A stretch of DNA of 48,562 nucleotides from a virus (Duplodnaviria; Caudoviricetes), in the IMG/VR virus record IMGVR_UViG_3300033518_000147, positions 1-48,562 of that record; one strand, written 5' to 3'. A program made the translations under genes and the position numbers. The notes beneath the pieces are model-generated. The model had not been told where the DNA came from. It saw only the letters and a list, made by a program, of their open reading frames with translations, and searched no databases. Below, one piece after another: positions 26,907 through 38,196 of the stretch (the stretch's first letter is position 1; the number at the start of each line of letters is the position of its first letter).

Positions 26907-29497
26907 TGAGCATGCAAGAAATACAGCAAATAGTAGATGATGCACAAGCTAGAGCTGATTATTATGTTGAAGAAAGTAAGTTAATGCTTGAAGATGCAAA
27001 GGACGCAGTATCTCCATCTAGAACATTCGGTTCAATAAGTCCTGCATTGACCACTCCTCCTAATTGGAACACTACTGGTCTAGAAGAAAATCCTGACACT
27101 CCAACGTTTAATGAAGTTGATTTTACACCTGATGCAATAACAGAAGAACGTCCTCACTTAAAGGACGTTCCAGATCCATTCCAATTTTTTTTAGACAATC
27201 CATTACCAGAACTTGACCTGACAGAACAAGTGTTTAATGCACCACAAATTCCAACTTCATTAAATAGTTTTGATAATGAAATTGACAGGCTTGGATTTGA
27301 TGTTGACATTCCATCATTTGTGCAACCACAAAAACCAAATGAATTAGAAGATTTTTCAAATGCATTTGATGGAATTGACACAAGTATTGATATTCCAAAG
27401 TTTGTTATACCTAAAAAACCTAATGCTATAGAGGATTTTTCTAATGAGTTGGATGGTATTGACACAAACATAGAAATTCCAGCATTTGTTGATCCTCAAA
27501 AACCAACAGGATTAAGTTCTTTTGATGAACCATTGCCAGTAATAAACACGGATTTCACATTTCCAGAATTAGAAGATATTTTAAATAAAATAAATACAGG
27601 TGCTCCAACGTTTCCAACATACGCACAACCTATAAAGCCTGAATTGATACAACCAGAGTTTGTAGAAGGTGAACTTGTTGATAACTTAACAAGACCAGAA
27701 GACGGCGAATCTATTATTAGAAGAACGTATGACAATTATTTCATTAAGATTAAGAATTCTATTGAAACGGATATCGTTAATTATCTTGAATCGTACAACC
27801 CTCAATATAAAGCTCAAATGGCTTTGCTGGAGCAAAAGATAGCTGACTATGCAAAAGGTGGAACAGCATTGCCAGTGAATGTAGAAAACGCCATATACGA
27901 GAGAGCACGTGATAAAAATAATGCTGAATTTAAACGTGTTCGTGATACAGCTTATAAAGAGGGTGCAAAGAACGGATTTACTATTCCTAATGGTGCTATA
28001 TTGTCAACTATTATTGGAGCAAGACAAGCATTTGCTGATAACAATAATAGAACTGCTAATGATATTGCTACTAAGCAAGCAGAATTAGAACAAGCAAATA
28101 TGCAGTTTGCTTTGAAATTGTCTGCTGATATAAGATCGCAGATGATGACTGCTGCATTGAACTTTATTGGCAATACTATTCAAGCTAGTGCGCAGGCATT
28201 AGACGTTGCAAAATCGGTATTAAGCTCTGTCATAGAAATATTTAATGCTGAAACAAGATTATTTAATACAAAACTTGATGCCTATAAAGCACGTGCAAGT
28301 ATTTATGAAACAAAATTAAAAGCAGCAATGTTTGTCGTAGATATTTATAAGGCTGAAATTGAGGCTTATACGGCAAATATCAATTCTAATAAATTAGAAT
28401 TAGAGGTTTATAAATCAAGAGTTGATATTCTTATAGCTGCATCCGACTTATATAAAAGCCAGATTCAAACTATTATTGAAAAAGCAAATATAGAAAAGAA
28501 TAAAATTCAATTATTTGAATCCAAAGTAAAGATTAAATCCCTTGAATTAGATGCAAAACGTCTTGAGTGGGATGGTTATAAAGCAAACATTTCTGGTCAA
28601 GAAGTTGCTATTAGTGCAAGTAGCGCAAAGATTAATGCAAAACGCTCTGAATTAGATATTAAGAAAGCCATTATTGACGCTAAAACCGATTCAAAACGCC
28701 TTGAATGGGAAGGATATAAAGCGGATATCTCTGGTCAAGAAGCTTCTATCAATGCAAGCACTGCTGAAATAAGTGCAATACGTGCTGAAATAGATATTAA
28801 AAAAGCAATGATTGATGCCAAGACAGAATCTAAACGCTTTGAGTGGGAAGGTTATAAAGCTGATGTATCGGGTCAAGAGTCGGTGTTAAGTGCAAAAGTA
28901 GCTGAGATTAACGCAAAACGTGCTGAAATAGAAATAAAGAAAACAGTTATAGATGCTAAATTAGATTCTAAACGCTTTGAATGGGATGGTTATAAAGCTA
29001 ATATTTCAGGACAAGAAGCACTTATAAATGCCAGATCCTCATTGCTTAATGCTAAACGTACAGAAATGGAATTACACAAATTGAAAGTAGAAGCAAGCGT
29101 TGATGCAATAAAAGCAATTCAAACAAAGAATTCTTACGAAGTAGATCTTTATAAGTCTTATTTACAGACATACTCTTTCAAGGTTAATACACAGGGAGAA
29201 GTAGCCAAGATTAAGTTAGATAACGAAAGACTTAAGTTATCGTCATTCCAAGCACAAGTGAGTGCTATTGCCTCAAAGAACGACAGAATACTTAAAGAGA
29301 ACGAAATAACAGCAGGTATTACTTCCAAGAATAATGAATTGAGCGCTAACACTGCAATAAAGAGTGCCGAATTAATGATAAGCCAGAATGACGCAATAAC
29401 CAAAAATTCGATAGGTCTTGCACAAGTTTATTCTAATACAGCGTCTTCTATGGCTGGTAATGTTTTGGGTATGGTATCGGCAAGCAGTAATGGTTAA
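26906..29497 (+). CDS. Long coiled-coil virion protein (internal or ejection candidate) with 28-aa and 46-aa repeats
   Basis: 863 aa; ENAIYERARD...GFTIPNG; KR[L/F]EW[D/E]GYKA.ISGQE x4. Confidence 0.7.
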   Translation: MSMQEIQQIVDDAQARADYYVEESKLMLEDAKDAVSPSRTFGSISPALTTPPNWNTTGLEENPDTPTFNEVDFTPDAITEERPHLKDVPDPFQFFLDNPLPELDLTEQVFNAPQIPTSLNSFDNEIDRLGFDVDIPSFVQPQKPNELEDFSNAFDGIDTSIDIPKFVIPKKPNAIEDFSNELDGIDTNIEIPAFVDPQKPTGLSSFDEPLPVINTDFTFPELEDILNKINTGAPTFPTYAQPIKPELIQPEFVEGELVDNLTRPEDGESIIRRTYDNYFIKIKNSIETDIVNYLESYNPQYKAQMALLEQKIADYAKGGTALPVNVENAIYERARDKNNAEFKRVRDTAYKEGAKNGFTIPNGAILSTIIGARQAFADNNNRTANDIATKQAELEQANMQFALKLSADIRSQMMTAALNFIGNTIQASAQALDVAKSVLSSVIEIFNAETRLFNTKLDAYKARASIYETKLKAAMFVVDIYKAEIEAYTANINSNKLELEVYKSRVDILIAASDLYKSQIQTIIEKANIEKNKIQLFESKVKIKSLELDAKRLEWDGYKANISGQEVAISASSAKINAKRSELDIKKAIIDAKTDSKRLEWEGYKADISGQEASINASTAEISAIRAEIDIKKAMIDAKTESKRFEWEGYKADVSGQESVLSAKVAEINAKRAEIEIKKTVIDAKLDSKRFEWDGYKANISGQEALINARSSLLNAKRTEMELHKLKVEASVDAIKAIQTKNSYEVDLYKSYLQTYSFKVNTQGEVAKIKLDNERLKLSSFQAQVSAIASKNDRILKENEITAGITSKNNELSANTAIKSAELMISQNDAITKNSIGLAQVYSNTASSMAGNVLGMVSASSNG

Positions 29498-29553
29498 TCA
29501 ATTGATATTTACTCATTATTAGAGTAATATAAAAAACAAAGGGAGATAACACT

Positions 29554-30837
29554 ATGGCAACAATGAATGATGGAGCATTGCAAAAAGCAAAATTAAAAGC
29601 TCAGGGAATATTAGCTCCCGCTCCAGTTCCTACTACTGCTTTTGAGTCAATGGTAGACAAGACGGTGAATAGCGATTTAAACAAGAGTGCCTTACAAGAC
29701 TCTGCTCAAGGAGACGCTGCATGGAATGCACAAAGCAAGAACGTTCTTGGATCGGTTCTTTCTACTGCACGAGCTGGTACAGAGAAAGCTTCTGCTGCTC
29801 TTAAAGCAACGGGTGCTGCTATCGGATCTGTTGGTGATGTTACTGGTGAGCGTATTTCTAATGCGGTGTCTAACGCAGGAAATTATTTAAAGGATGCTAC
29901 AGAAGGATGGAATGCAGGTCAACCTGCTGTAGTTCCAGTTAAAGCACCTACGCAAGGAGTTCTTTCAAGTGCTCCAGTCGTTCAACCTGAACAACTTCCT
30001 ACTGTTGACGCATCGACTAACAATCAACCTTTAAACATCAAATCGGATTATTTGAGAAATAACGCTGCTGTTCTTGCTTCTGAAAAAAGAGCTGCCATAT
30101 TAGCTAACATGCCTGATCCTAATGTCAAGCAAACCGATTTCAATACAACCAATACAAGAACGGCTCCAATTGCTGGAACAAACCTTCCTGCAACCATGAA
30201 AGCACCTGCTGCAAATTTTAGTTCTAACGTTCCTAATGGTAATGTATATGCTCAAGATCCTAATGCGGATTTAAATAGACAAAAGAGCGAGCTTATAGAT
30301 CAAATGTCTAGAAACCAAGGATCTATAGCAGGTCAGTTTGCTAATAAGCAAATAGCACGTCAATTAGGGGCATTAGATGGAATGTCCAATTTGAATATAA
30401 ATCAACAAAACGCCAATACCAATAAGTTTAATGCGGATACGTCTAGACAAAACTCAGATACACAATCTATAACAGGATTAGGAAATTTAGAAGTTGCACA
30501 AAACCGATTTGGATTAGATCAAACGATTTTCAATGATGGAGCACCACAAAAAGCCGCAGTATTGCAAGGATCTATTCTAGATAATAAACAAAAGCAATAC
30601 ACGCTAGATAATCCTGCAAATAATAAAGACAAAGTTGGTGCAGTTCATTTTGTAGAAGAAGTTAATCCAACGACTGGAATGAAGACTGGTGTTATTAAGG
30701 GTTATAGCACGATTAATGGTCAACCTATAGCTCAAGGTGCACAAACTCAAGCACAGCCTAGAAAAGATGGTTCTATAGTATGGAAAGACGGAATTAAACA
30801 CGTAGTAAAGAATGGAGTTCCGGTACCAGAAAAATAA
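29554..30837 (+). CDS. Probable internal virion (DNA ejection) protein
   Basis: A/N/Q-rich low-complexity 427 aa directly before the giant ejection-like gene. Confidence 0.6.
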   Translation: MATMNDGALQKAKLKAQGILAPAPVPTTAFESMVDKTVNSDLNKSALQDSAQGDAAWNAQSKNVLGSVLSTARAGTEKASAALKATGAAIGSVGDVTGERISNAVSNAGNYLKDATEGWNAGQPAVVPVKAPTQGVLSSAPVVQPEQLPTVDASTNNQPLNIKSDYLRNNAAVLASEKRAAILANMPDPNVKQTDFNTTNTRTAPIAGTNLPATMKAPAANFSSNVPNGNVYAQDPNADLNRQKSELIDQMSRNQGSIAGQFANKQIARQLGALDGMSNLNINQQNANTNKFNADTSRQNSDTQSITGLGNLEVAQNRFGLDQTIFNDGAPQKAAVLQGSILDNKQKQYTLDNPANNKDKVGAVHFVEEVNPTTGMKTGVIKGYSTINGQPIAQGAQTQAQPRKDGSIVWKDGIKHVVKNGVPVPEK

Positions 30838-30851
30838 TAATTAGGAATAAT

Positions 30852-33800
30852 ATGGCAGATAAGCAAGTTGATTGGAGTCAGTATACCGATACGCCTACAT
30901 CTAATAACGTTGATTGGAGTCAATATTCAGATACTCCTCCTCCAGCAAAAAAGCCCGGCATCTTAGGTGGTATTGTTGATACCGCTAGGGTTCTATCAAG
31001 AGATACTGTAAACGTTGCAGGTAATGTATTAGATTCAAGCGGATTTGATAACGCAGCGAAGACGTTATACAGTGCATCCGATAGTATTAATAACATACGT
31101 GATCAAGCGTTTTTGCAAGAGGATCAGGCTAACGCACAAGCTAATGCTGAGGCTAGAAAGCAAGGAATACTTGCTGGCATTAAGCAAGGTGCTGAAACAG
31201 CTCTTACTAATCCTGTTGATACTGCTTCTGGACTTGCTGCAAGTACGATTCCATCTGTAATTGGTAAAGTAATTGGTGGAGGTATTGGATCGTTTGTTGC
31301 TCCTGGTCTTGGTACTGTTGCAGGTGCAAGTCTTGGCTCTGCTGCTGGTTTATTCTTGTCTGGTATGGGTCGTCAACAACAAAATACCCGTGATGCAGTA
31401 CAACAAGCCGCATTAGATAAAGGAATGAGTGATCAACAAGCACAAGCACTTGCAGAGAAACAATCCTCTCTACTTACAGGTAACACATTACAACAGTTAG
31501 GAGGTGGAGCATTAGAAGTGGTTGCTGTTCGTCTAGGTGCTGAAAAGGCTATCACTCCATTAAATAGAGCAATGGGAGGTACTGCTGAAAATATCACTGG
31601 AAAGACCGCACTTCAAGTTATAGGAAAGCCTGCTGGAATTGAAGCAGGTACAGAAACGATACAAGGAGCTCAAGAGAATATCGGGACTAACGTTGCATTA
31701 AAAGACGCTGGCTTTAGAAATGATATTGCCGATAGCAATACTGTTGTAGATTCAGTGGTTGGAGGTATTGTTGGTGGTGTATTTGGTGGTGCTGCTGGTA
31801 GCGCTCGTTATGCTGGAAATAGATTTAACACTCAAACGAATGTTGATCCAAATAATCCTAATCCAGTCGATCAAAACAACCCTAATCCAATTGATCCAAC
31901 GGTAAATAATGATTCAAATAATCCTAGTCCAGTTGATCCAGCGACAAATACAGATCCAACGGTAGATAACAATCCTATTATTCAAAATAATAGTGATCAA
32001 AATATCAATCCAATTACTCCTGTAGCGGATCTAGTTAACAACAATGATCAAAATGTTAACCCTGTAACAGATACAAGCACGACTCCTATTACTCAAACAA
32101 TTGGACCTACTACTCAAGAGATAAATGGTGAGACGGTTAATATTCCAGTAGAGCAACAACAAAAGGTAACAAAGGTTGATGATAATACATTGATTGTTAA
32201 CAATCCTACAGTAGGAAGAACAGAGACTATTACTAAGGATGGTGGAGCATTACAAAACGCTTTAATTACCACTAATAACAGCAATATTGAAACGTCTAGA
32301 AATGACGTTAATACAAATACGTCAATCAATAGTAATACTGAAACACCTGTAAATAACGTTAATACGTCTACTTCTATCAGTGGCAATACAAACACACAGC
32401 CTATTACTGAAACGCCTAAAACAACGCAACAAATAGGTGTAAATGATACATCTACTAAGTTCACGGTAAAGTATGGAAGAGATACTTTTAATGTTGATGA
32501 AAAAACATCTTTGGCAGGTCAAGAAATTGATTTAAACGCACAGAAAGAAATTCAAATAATAGAGAATAATAACAATCTCGGTTTTGAACAAAAGAAAGCT
32601 GAAACAAGAAAAGTGCAACAAAAATCTGCTGCATTAAGAAGAGACATCATTGCAGAATTTGCAACGCTCACGAATGACAATGCAATATTAAATAAAGTTA
32701 AACCTAATAGAGCTGGAGCGACTACAGTACAAAAGATTACCGATAATCAATCGGTATGGGTTAGAGATTATGCTGGAAATATCTATCAGACCGTTACGAA
32801 TAGCAACGGTGGAAGTCTTCGTCCTCATGGATCTGTAAAGGTTAATAATCCTAATGGAAACGCTATAACCGTCAATAGAGCTAACGTATTCACAGAAGCG
32901 GAATATAAAGTATATCAATCAGGTTTAAAATCTTTCAGTTCACCTAAAGATAACGCTAATTTAACCACTTCTAATAGTGTCAATACGAATGCACCAGCAC
33001 TACAAGAAACGGCTAAAACAACGCAAGATATGGCTATAAATACGCCCTCTATTAACAATGTAGATGAAAATCCTACTGTTGTAAATCAATATGAAACAGA
33101 TCCTACTTTTGATAGTTTTGCTAATCCTTTATTAAATCCGATTGTTGAATCTAAGCCAATTCAAGATTTAGCAGAAAAACAAGCATTAGTAGATGCTAAG
33201 TTAAGGGAACGTGCTCAAAACGTTCCACCTTTAACTCGTGATAGTGTATCTCTTATATCTCCTACTACTACTCAAAATGTTTCTAACAATAATAATTCTG
33301 TAAAAACACGTATTGCTAATGCAGTAGATAAGGTAAAGAGTGGATTAGGTAAGGATTTGTTAAATAATCCTAATTTTCAAGTAATGACTCATTCAGAGTT
33401 AGAGCAAACTCATGGAGTTAAAAGAAACAGCAATAGATTAGGTGCTGTAATCGGTGAGGGTGCCAATTCAAAAATCGTTATCGTATCTGATAATATTAAC
33501 GAAAATACTACTGATGAAGAGTTAGTTGGTCTTGTTCACCATGAAGTAGCCGTTCATGCTAATGAATTGGGAAAATCTAGACCCGAATTTGACGCTATTT
33601 TAAAGACAGTAGAACGTCTATCTAAGGTAGAAGGTTCTAATATGAAAAAGGCTAGTGAAAAAGTGCCTAAAAACACCAATCCTAAATTTATATTAGAAGA
33701 AATACTTGCTTATTTTATTGAGAATAATCCTAAATCTTTATTAGCGAAGAACTATTTAACGCAATTTAAGATGTTCGTTAAAGATTCATTTAAAAAACTA

Positions 33801-36710
33801 GGTTTTACTGACGGTTATATCGGTAAATGGGCTAACTCTATAACAGAGAAAGAGCTTATTGTCATGGCTCAAAGATCGTTAAAAGATTATGTTAAAAGAA
33901 ATAATACTTCTAATAATGATGGCAAGTCTGTTAGAGACAGTATTTTAACACCAACACAAAAGCAAACAGAATTAGAAGGTAAAGCTAAGTTTGGTGATGG
34001 AGCTTTTACAGACGCAAAATTAACTACCACATTAACTGAAAAACAATTAAACACAAGATGGAATGCATTTAATACGGTTATCAATGCGATAAACAAAAAC
34101 AATACCTTATTCTCAGAAGAATTTGTAAGAAAAACCTCAGATCGTTATTTGCCTTATGAAGTATTGGTAAAAATGACAGAGAAGTTTTTAGGTAAAAAAG
34201 TAGATGACTCGTTACGTGTTGATCAATTGCAAAACCTTTCAGAGCGTAAAGGATTGGACGCTACAACAAAGGTAGAAGAAAAATGGAATGCACCTTTAAT
34301 TGAGATGTTAAAGAAAGCAAATATTGACTTAAAAACCGCTGAGCGGATTGTTACAGCATTTCAAGCACCTACCGTTAATGAGGCACTAAAAAAAGCAAAT
34401 CCAAACATGCAAGATAACGTTGCCTTATCGGGAATGACTACGCTAAATGCTTTACAAATACAAAATCAATATAAAAACAACGCTGATGTGATGAAAATTG
34501 TCGATCACGTTAAGGCTATGGCGTTAGAAATCCATACTGCTCGATTAGAAGCAGGATTAGATACAAAAGAAGTATTCGATAAAAGAGTAAAAGACATAGG
34601 CTCTATTGCTCCAATGACGCAAGAGGGAAATAAGATTATTGATGGTGTTCCTGGTGGAACAAAAGGAAACAAGTTAGGATCTGTTGATATTATTTCTACT
34701 ACGGTTGGAGAATTAAAACGCATTGCTGGCACAAAAGAAACCAACGTGGTTGGCGAAGCTATGAACAAGTTAATTCAAGCGATTAATGATAAAGGGGATA
34801 CAAGTATTGGATATGTGATAAGCATGGATCCAACTCATAACATTGACTCTAATGGTGATAAGACAAACAAGTTCATATCTAAACGTTTTAATAAAGATGC
34901 AAAGCAATTTGAATATAAACCGATGTTTAACCCTGGTAGCAATCAAAATGTTTATGAATATAAACAAAATGGTTTCTCTACCTTTATAGTAATGAATCCT
35001 GAATCAGAATTGGCTATGAAAGTAGCTCGTTGTCTGAAATCTACGGACGTTGTAGAGGGTAAAGGAGTAGTAAATCAACTTGCTAATGCAATGGCTCCTA
35101 CTACTAGGGTATTGTCTCAATTACAGACTCAATTTAATCCTGCTTTTGGTCCTTGGAATGGTCTTATCGACGTTATGACGGTAGGCTTAACCGTTCAAAA
35201 CACTCCTATGAAAGGAATGGGTACGGAAATAATGCTCAATGCTCTTAAAAGCCTTCCTTCTTTATGGAAAGCATTACGCAACGAGCAAAAGGGCATTGCT
35301 GATAATTCTCCTATAGCATTGAAGTTAAAAGCCTATAGAGAGTCTGGTGCTCCTACTGGCTTTAATGATCAATTTACTACTGCTGCAACGTTTGCAAAAC
35401 AAATATCAAAAGCTTTATCTAATAAGAAGTCGGATCAGTTAATAGAGCCGATTAAGAATCTGGTTGAAGCATGGAATAATATGTTTGAGTTTGCTACTCG
35501 TATTTCTGTTTTTAATGCATCTCTGTCTACCGGATCAACGGTACAACAAGCAGCAATGCACTCAAAAGATATGTCTGCTAACTTCTCTAGAAGAGGTGCG
35601 GATATTGGAGTAATGGCTAAGCTTTATTCCTTCTTTAATGCTGCTATTGCTGGTATCTCCACGTTTGCTAAAACCATGTTTGTAAGAGATCCACAATCAA
35701 TAAGCGGTGTGCGTTTAACCAATGCTGGAAAGTCGATTATCGGTGGAGGAGTAGTGCTTGGAATGATGCAACCACTCATGCTAATGGCTGCTGGATATGA
35801 TGAAGAAGATTTAAAACAGTTTGAAAAAGATAGCTCATGGATCATACCTGTAGGGGATACTCCTATCAAGGTTCCAATGCCTAGAATATTTAACATATTC
35901 CCTGCTTTTGGCAGAGCAATATCAGAGTCCATTATTTATGGTAAACCTTTGCAACGTGCTGAGAATTTTATATCTATTGTAATAGGGTCGTTAAATCCTT
36001 TAGGAAATACATCAGGTTTACAAATGATGGCTCCAACGTTCTTAGACTATCCTGTATCTATTATGGAAAATAAAGATATGAGTGGGAATGCGATTGCTAA
36101 TTTAGATCGCAACCCTAATCAACCAACGGCAGGCTATTTAAGATCAAAAGACGGTGCTAGTGCTGTATCTAAATCTATGGCTGAAATAGTGGACTATATG
36201 ACTGGTGGATTAGGCACGGGAGTACCTGGTTTGATTAGTCCTACAGGGGATCAAATAGACGCTGGATTTGCGTTCTTATTTGGTGGACCTGGTAGAGAGA
36301 TATCAAAAATTAGTCAGTTTGCTAAATCGGTAAATGATGGTGAGACTAACGTTCAAAAAATACCTTTAGTTGGAAAGATCATAGGAAGCACTTCAAGTAA
36401 GCCTGCTCAAAAGTCTCAATATCAAGAGAATGTAAGACGTGTATCAGAGTTTGAAACACGCATTAACGTATTGAAAGATAAGAACGACTCTGCTGGAATA
36501 GAGAAATTATATAAAGATGAAAAATTAGCTCGTCTTGTTCCTGTTATGGGAACGATAGAAAAGAGAGTTGCTTCTTTGAATAAAAATAAACGTCTATTGG
36601 AGAAAAATGGAGGTTCTGACTCGGATATTAAACAGATAGACGACGGAATATTTACATTACAACAAAATTTCAATAAACTGGTTAAGAAAGTAAACAATGA
36701 TGGCAATTGA
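30852..36710 (+). CDS. Large internal virion / DNA-ejection polyvalent protein (zincin-like HExxxH; LPD38-like C-terminus)
   Basis: 1952 aa; Gly/Ala-rich hydrophobic N-region, N/D/P linker, HHEVAVH...EEILAY, NFSRRG...LYSFFNAAI.G, ENKDMSGNAI. Confidence 0.75.
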   Translation: MADKQVDWSQYTDTPTSNNVDWSQYSDTPPPAKKPGILGGIVDTARVLSRDTVNVAGNVLDSSGFDNAAKTLYSASDSINNIRDQAFLQEDQANAQANAEARKQGILAGIKQGAETALTNPVDTASGLAASTIPSVIGKVIGGGIGSFVAPGLGTVAGASLGSAAGLFLSGMGRQQQNTRDAVQQAALDKGMSDQQAQALAEKQSSLLTGNTLQQLGGGALEVVAVRLGAEKAITPLNRAMGGTAENITGKTALQVIGKPAGIEAGTETIQGAQENIGTNVALKDAGFRNDIADSNTVVDSVVGGIVGGVFGGAAGSARYAGNRFNTQTNVDPNNPNPVDQNNPNPIDPTVNNDSNNPSPVDPATNTDPTVDNNPIIQNNSDQNINPITPVADLVNNNDQNVNPVTDTSTTPITQTIGPTTQEINGETVNIPVEQQQKVTKVDDNTLIVNNPTVGRTETITKDGGALQNALITTNNSNIETSRNDVNTNTSINSNTETPVNNVNTSTSISGNTNTQPITETPKTTQQIGVNDTSTKFTVKYGRDTFNVDEKTSLAGQEIDLNAQKEIQIIENNNNLGFEQKKAETRKVQQKSAALRRDIIAEFATLTNDNAILNKVKPNRAGATTVQKITDNQSVWVRDYAGNIYQTVTNSNGGSLRPHGSVKVNNPNGNAITVNRANVFTEAEYKVYQSGLKSFSSPKDNANLTTSNSVNTNAPALQETAKTTQDMAINTPSINNVDENPTVVNQYETDPTFDSFANPLLNPIVESKPIQDLAEKQALVDAKLRERAQNVPPLTRDSVSLISPTTTQNVSNNNNSVKTRIANAVDKVKSGLGKDLLNNPNFQVMTHSELEQTHGVKRNSNRLGAVIGEGANSKIVIVSDNINENTTDEELVGLVHHEVAVHANELGKSRPEFDAILKTVERLSKVEGSNMKKASEKVPKNTNPKFILEEILAYFIENNPKSLLAKNYLTQFKMFVKDSFKKLGFTDGYIGKWANSITEKELIVMAQRSLKDYVKRNNTSNNDGKSVRDSILTPTQKQTELEGKAKFGDGAFTDAKLTTTLTEKQLNTRWNAFNTVINAINKNNTLFSEEFVRKTSDRYLPYEVLVKMTEKFLGKKVDDSLRVDQLQNLSERKGLDATTKVEEKWNAPLIEMLKKANIDLKTAERIVTAFQAPTVNEALKKANPNMQDNVALSGMTTLNALQIQNQYKNNADVMKIVDHVKAMALEIHTARLEAGLDTKEVFDKRVKDIGSIAPMTQEGNKIIDGVPGGTKGNKLGSVDIISTTVGELKRIAGTKETNVVGEAMNKLIQAINDKGDTSIGYVISMDPTHNIDSNGDKTNKFISKRFNKDAKQFEYKPMFNPGSNQNVYEYKQNGFSTFIVMNPESELAMKVARCLKSTDVVEGKGVVNQLANAMAPTTRVLSQLQTQFNPAFGPWNGLIDVMTVGLTVQNTPMKGMGTEIMLNALKSLPSLWKALRNEQKGIADNSPIALKLKAYRESGAPTGFNDQFTTAATFAKQISKALSNKKSDQLIEPIKNLVEAWNNMFEFATRISVFNASLSTGSTVQQAAMHSKDMSANFSRRGADIGVMAKLYSFFNAAIAGISTFAKTMFVRDPQSISGVRLTNAGKSIIGGGVVLGMMQPLMLMAAGYDEEDLKQFEKDSSWIIPVGDTPIKVPMPRIFNIFPAFGRAISESIIYGKPLQRAENFISIVIGSLNPLGNTSGLQMMAPTFLDYPVSIMENKDMSGNAIANLDRNPNQPTAGYLRSKDGASAVSKSMAEIVDYMTGGLGTGVPGLISPTGDQIDAGFAFLFGGPGREISKISQFAKSVNDGETNVQKIPLVGKIIGSTSSKPAQKSQYQENVRRVSEFETRINVLKDKNDSAGIEKLYKDEKLARLVPVMGTIEKRVASLNKNKRLLEKNGGSDSDIKQIDDGIFTLQQNFNKLVKKVNNDGN

Positions 36711-36756
36711 TTAAATAGAGCATTGCTTATATACTAAAAAATACGGGAGAAGAATA

Positions 36757-37137
36757 ATGGCTATAAAGATTGGTTACATTGGAGAAGAATTAAACATTAC
36801 ATTGCGTCAAGGTGCTGATTATGAGGCTCAATTTACGCTTACAGATAGCACTGGTGCACCTATTGATTTAACTGGTAGGGTATATACCGCTATTATGCGT
36901 AAAACCCCTAAAAGCAGTGCTATTACTGCTAGTTTTGTTTGTGCGTTAACCAATCCTACTGGTGGCGTGTTTACCATGTCAATGAGCAATGCTGTTACTG
37001 CTACGATACCAGCAGGAGACACGTTAGACGCACCAGAAAGCCAATATTTATGGGAAATGGAAATGCTTGGTGCAGATAATAAAATATATCCAGTATATTA
37101 CGGAAAAGTGTCAGTATTTAGACAGCTAACACGTTAA
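36757..37137 (+). CDS. Tail fibre attachment / adaptor protein (BppU-N-like)
   Basis: NITLRQGADY, PIDLTG, YLWEMEM...GKV; precedes the collagen fibre. Confidence 0.65.
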   Translation: MAIKIGYIGEELNITLRQGADYEAQFTLTDSTGAPIDLTGRVYTAIMRKTPKSSAITASFVCALTNPTGGVFTMSMSNAVTATIPAGDTLDAPESQYLWEMEMLGADNKIYPVYYGKVSVFRQLTR

Positions 37138-37147
37138 TGGAGTTATT

Positions 37148-38182
37148 ATGAACGAAATAACTAAAACGACTGTTATAACAAATAAATCAGAAATAACAGA
37201 AACAGAAAAATTTAGAGTAATAGTACAACAAGAGACTCCTAATATAACAAAGATTATAACAGCAACGCAGGGTGCTATTGGTCCAGTTGGTCCACAAGGA
37301 ATACAAGGTATCCAAGGAGCTACTGGTGCTAATGGAATTGACGGAACCGATGGTGCTAACGGAGCTGATGGATTGAATGGAGCTGATGGTGCACAGGGCA
37401 TACAAGGTGAACAAGGTTTGCAAGGCTTAAAAGGTGATAATGGAGATACAGGTTTAACTGGTCCTACTGGTGCGGATGGTTTGAACGGTGCTGACGGTTT
37501 AAATGGAGCTGATGGATCTAATGGTTTAAATGGTTCCGCCGGATTATCAGCCTATGAGATTGCTGTTGCAAACGGATTTGTAGGTATTGAATCAGCATGG
37601 CTTACATCACTTATTGGAGCTGATGGTGCCCAAGGAATACAAGGATTAAAAGGCGATACAGGAGCTACTGGTCCACAAGGTATACAAGGAATACAAGGTT
37701 TAACAGGAGCTGATGGTGCACTCGGTCCTCAAGGTATTCAAGGTATTCAAGGTGCTACCGGACCAACAGGAGCTACTGGTCCTGCTGGTGCTGATGGCTT
37801 GAATGGATCTGACGGTGCTGATGGTGCAACTGGTCCTACTATAAGAACTGCTATGTTTACACTGGACGGAGACATCTCTATTAACACTGGATCTAGTAGA
37901 TTCTATCCTCCTATTAACGGATTTATATCAAAAATAGAGGCTTGGATAGACGTTGCACCAACTGGAGCTGGATTAACGTTTGTAATATTAAAAAATGGTT
38001 CGTTAGTGGGTGCACTTACTAATACTATTAATAATTCTTTAAACATAATGAGTCCTGTAACGTTAATATCAACAGACTTTCAAGTATTAACAAGTGACTA
38101 TTTAACTGTTAATATAACTGATATTGGCAGTGTAATCGCTGGAAATGGTTTAAAAATTAGAATAACAATGGAAGAATTATAA
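37148..38182 (+). CDS. Collagen-like tail fibre protein
   Basis: Long Gly-X-Y runs interrupted by GLSAYEIAVANGFVG.ESAWL.SL. Confidence 0.88.
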   Translation: MNEITKTTVITNKSEITETEKFRVIVQQETPNITKIITATQGAIGPVGPQGIQGIQGATGANGIDGTDGANGADGLNGADGAQGIQGEQGLQGLKGDNGDTGLTGPTGADGLNGADGLNGADGSNGLNGSAGLSAYEIAVANGFVGIESAWLTSLIGADGAQGIQGLKGDTGATGPQGIQGIQGLTGADGALGPQGIQGIQGATGPTGATGPAGADGLNGSDGADGATGPTIRTAMFTLDGDISINTGSSRFYPPINGFISKIEAWIDVAPTGAGLTFVILKNGSLVGALTNTINNSLNIMSPVTLISTDFQVLTSDYLTVNITDIGSVIAGNGLKIRITMEEL

Positions 38183-38196
38183 AATAAGGAGAATTT

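Noticed and set aside
13931-36706. Numerous antisense and alternate-frame ORFs inside portal, tail and ejection genes
   Set aside because: Shadow ORFs of long coding sequences, without SDs or recognisable motifs
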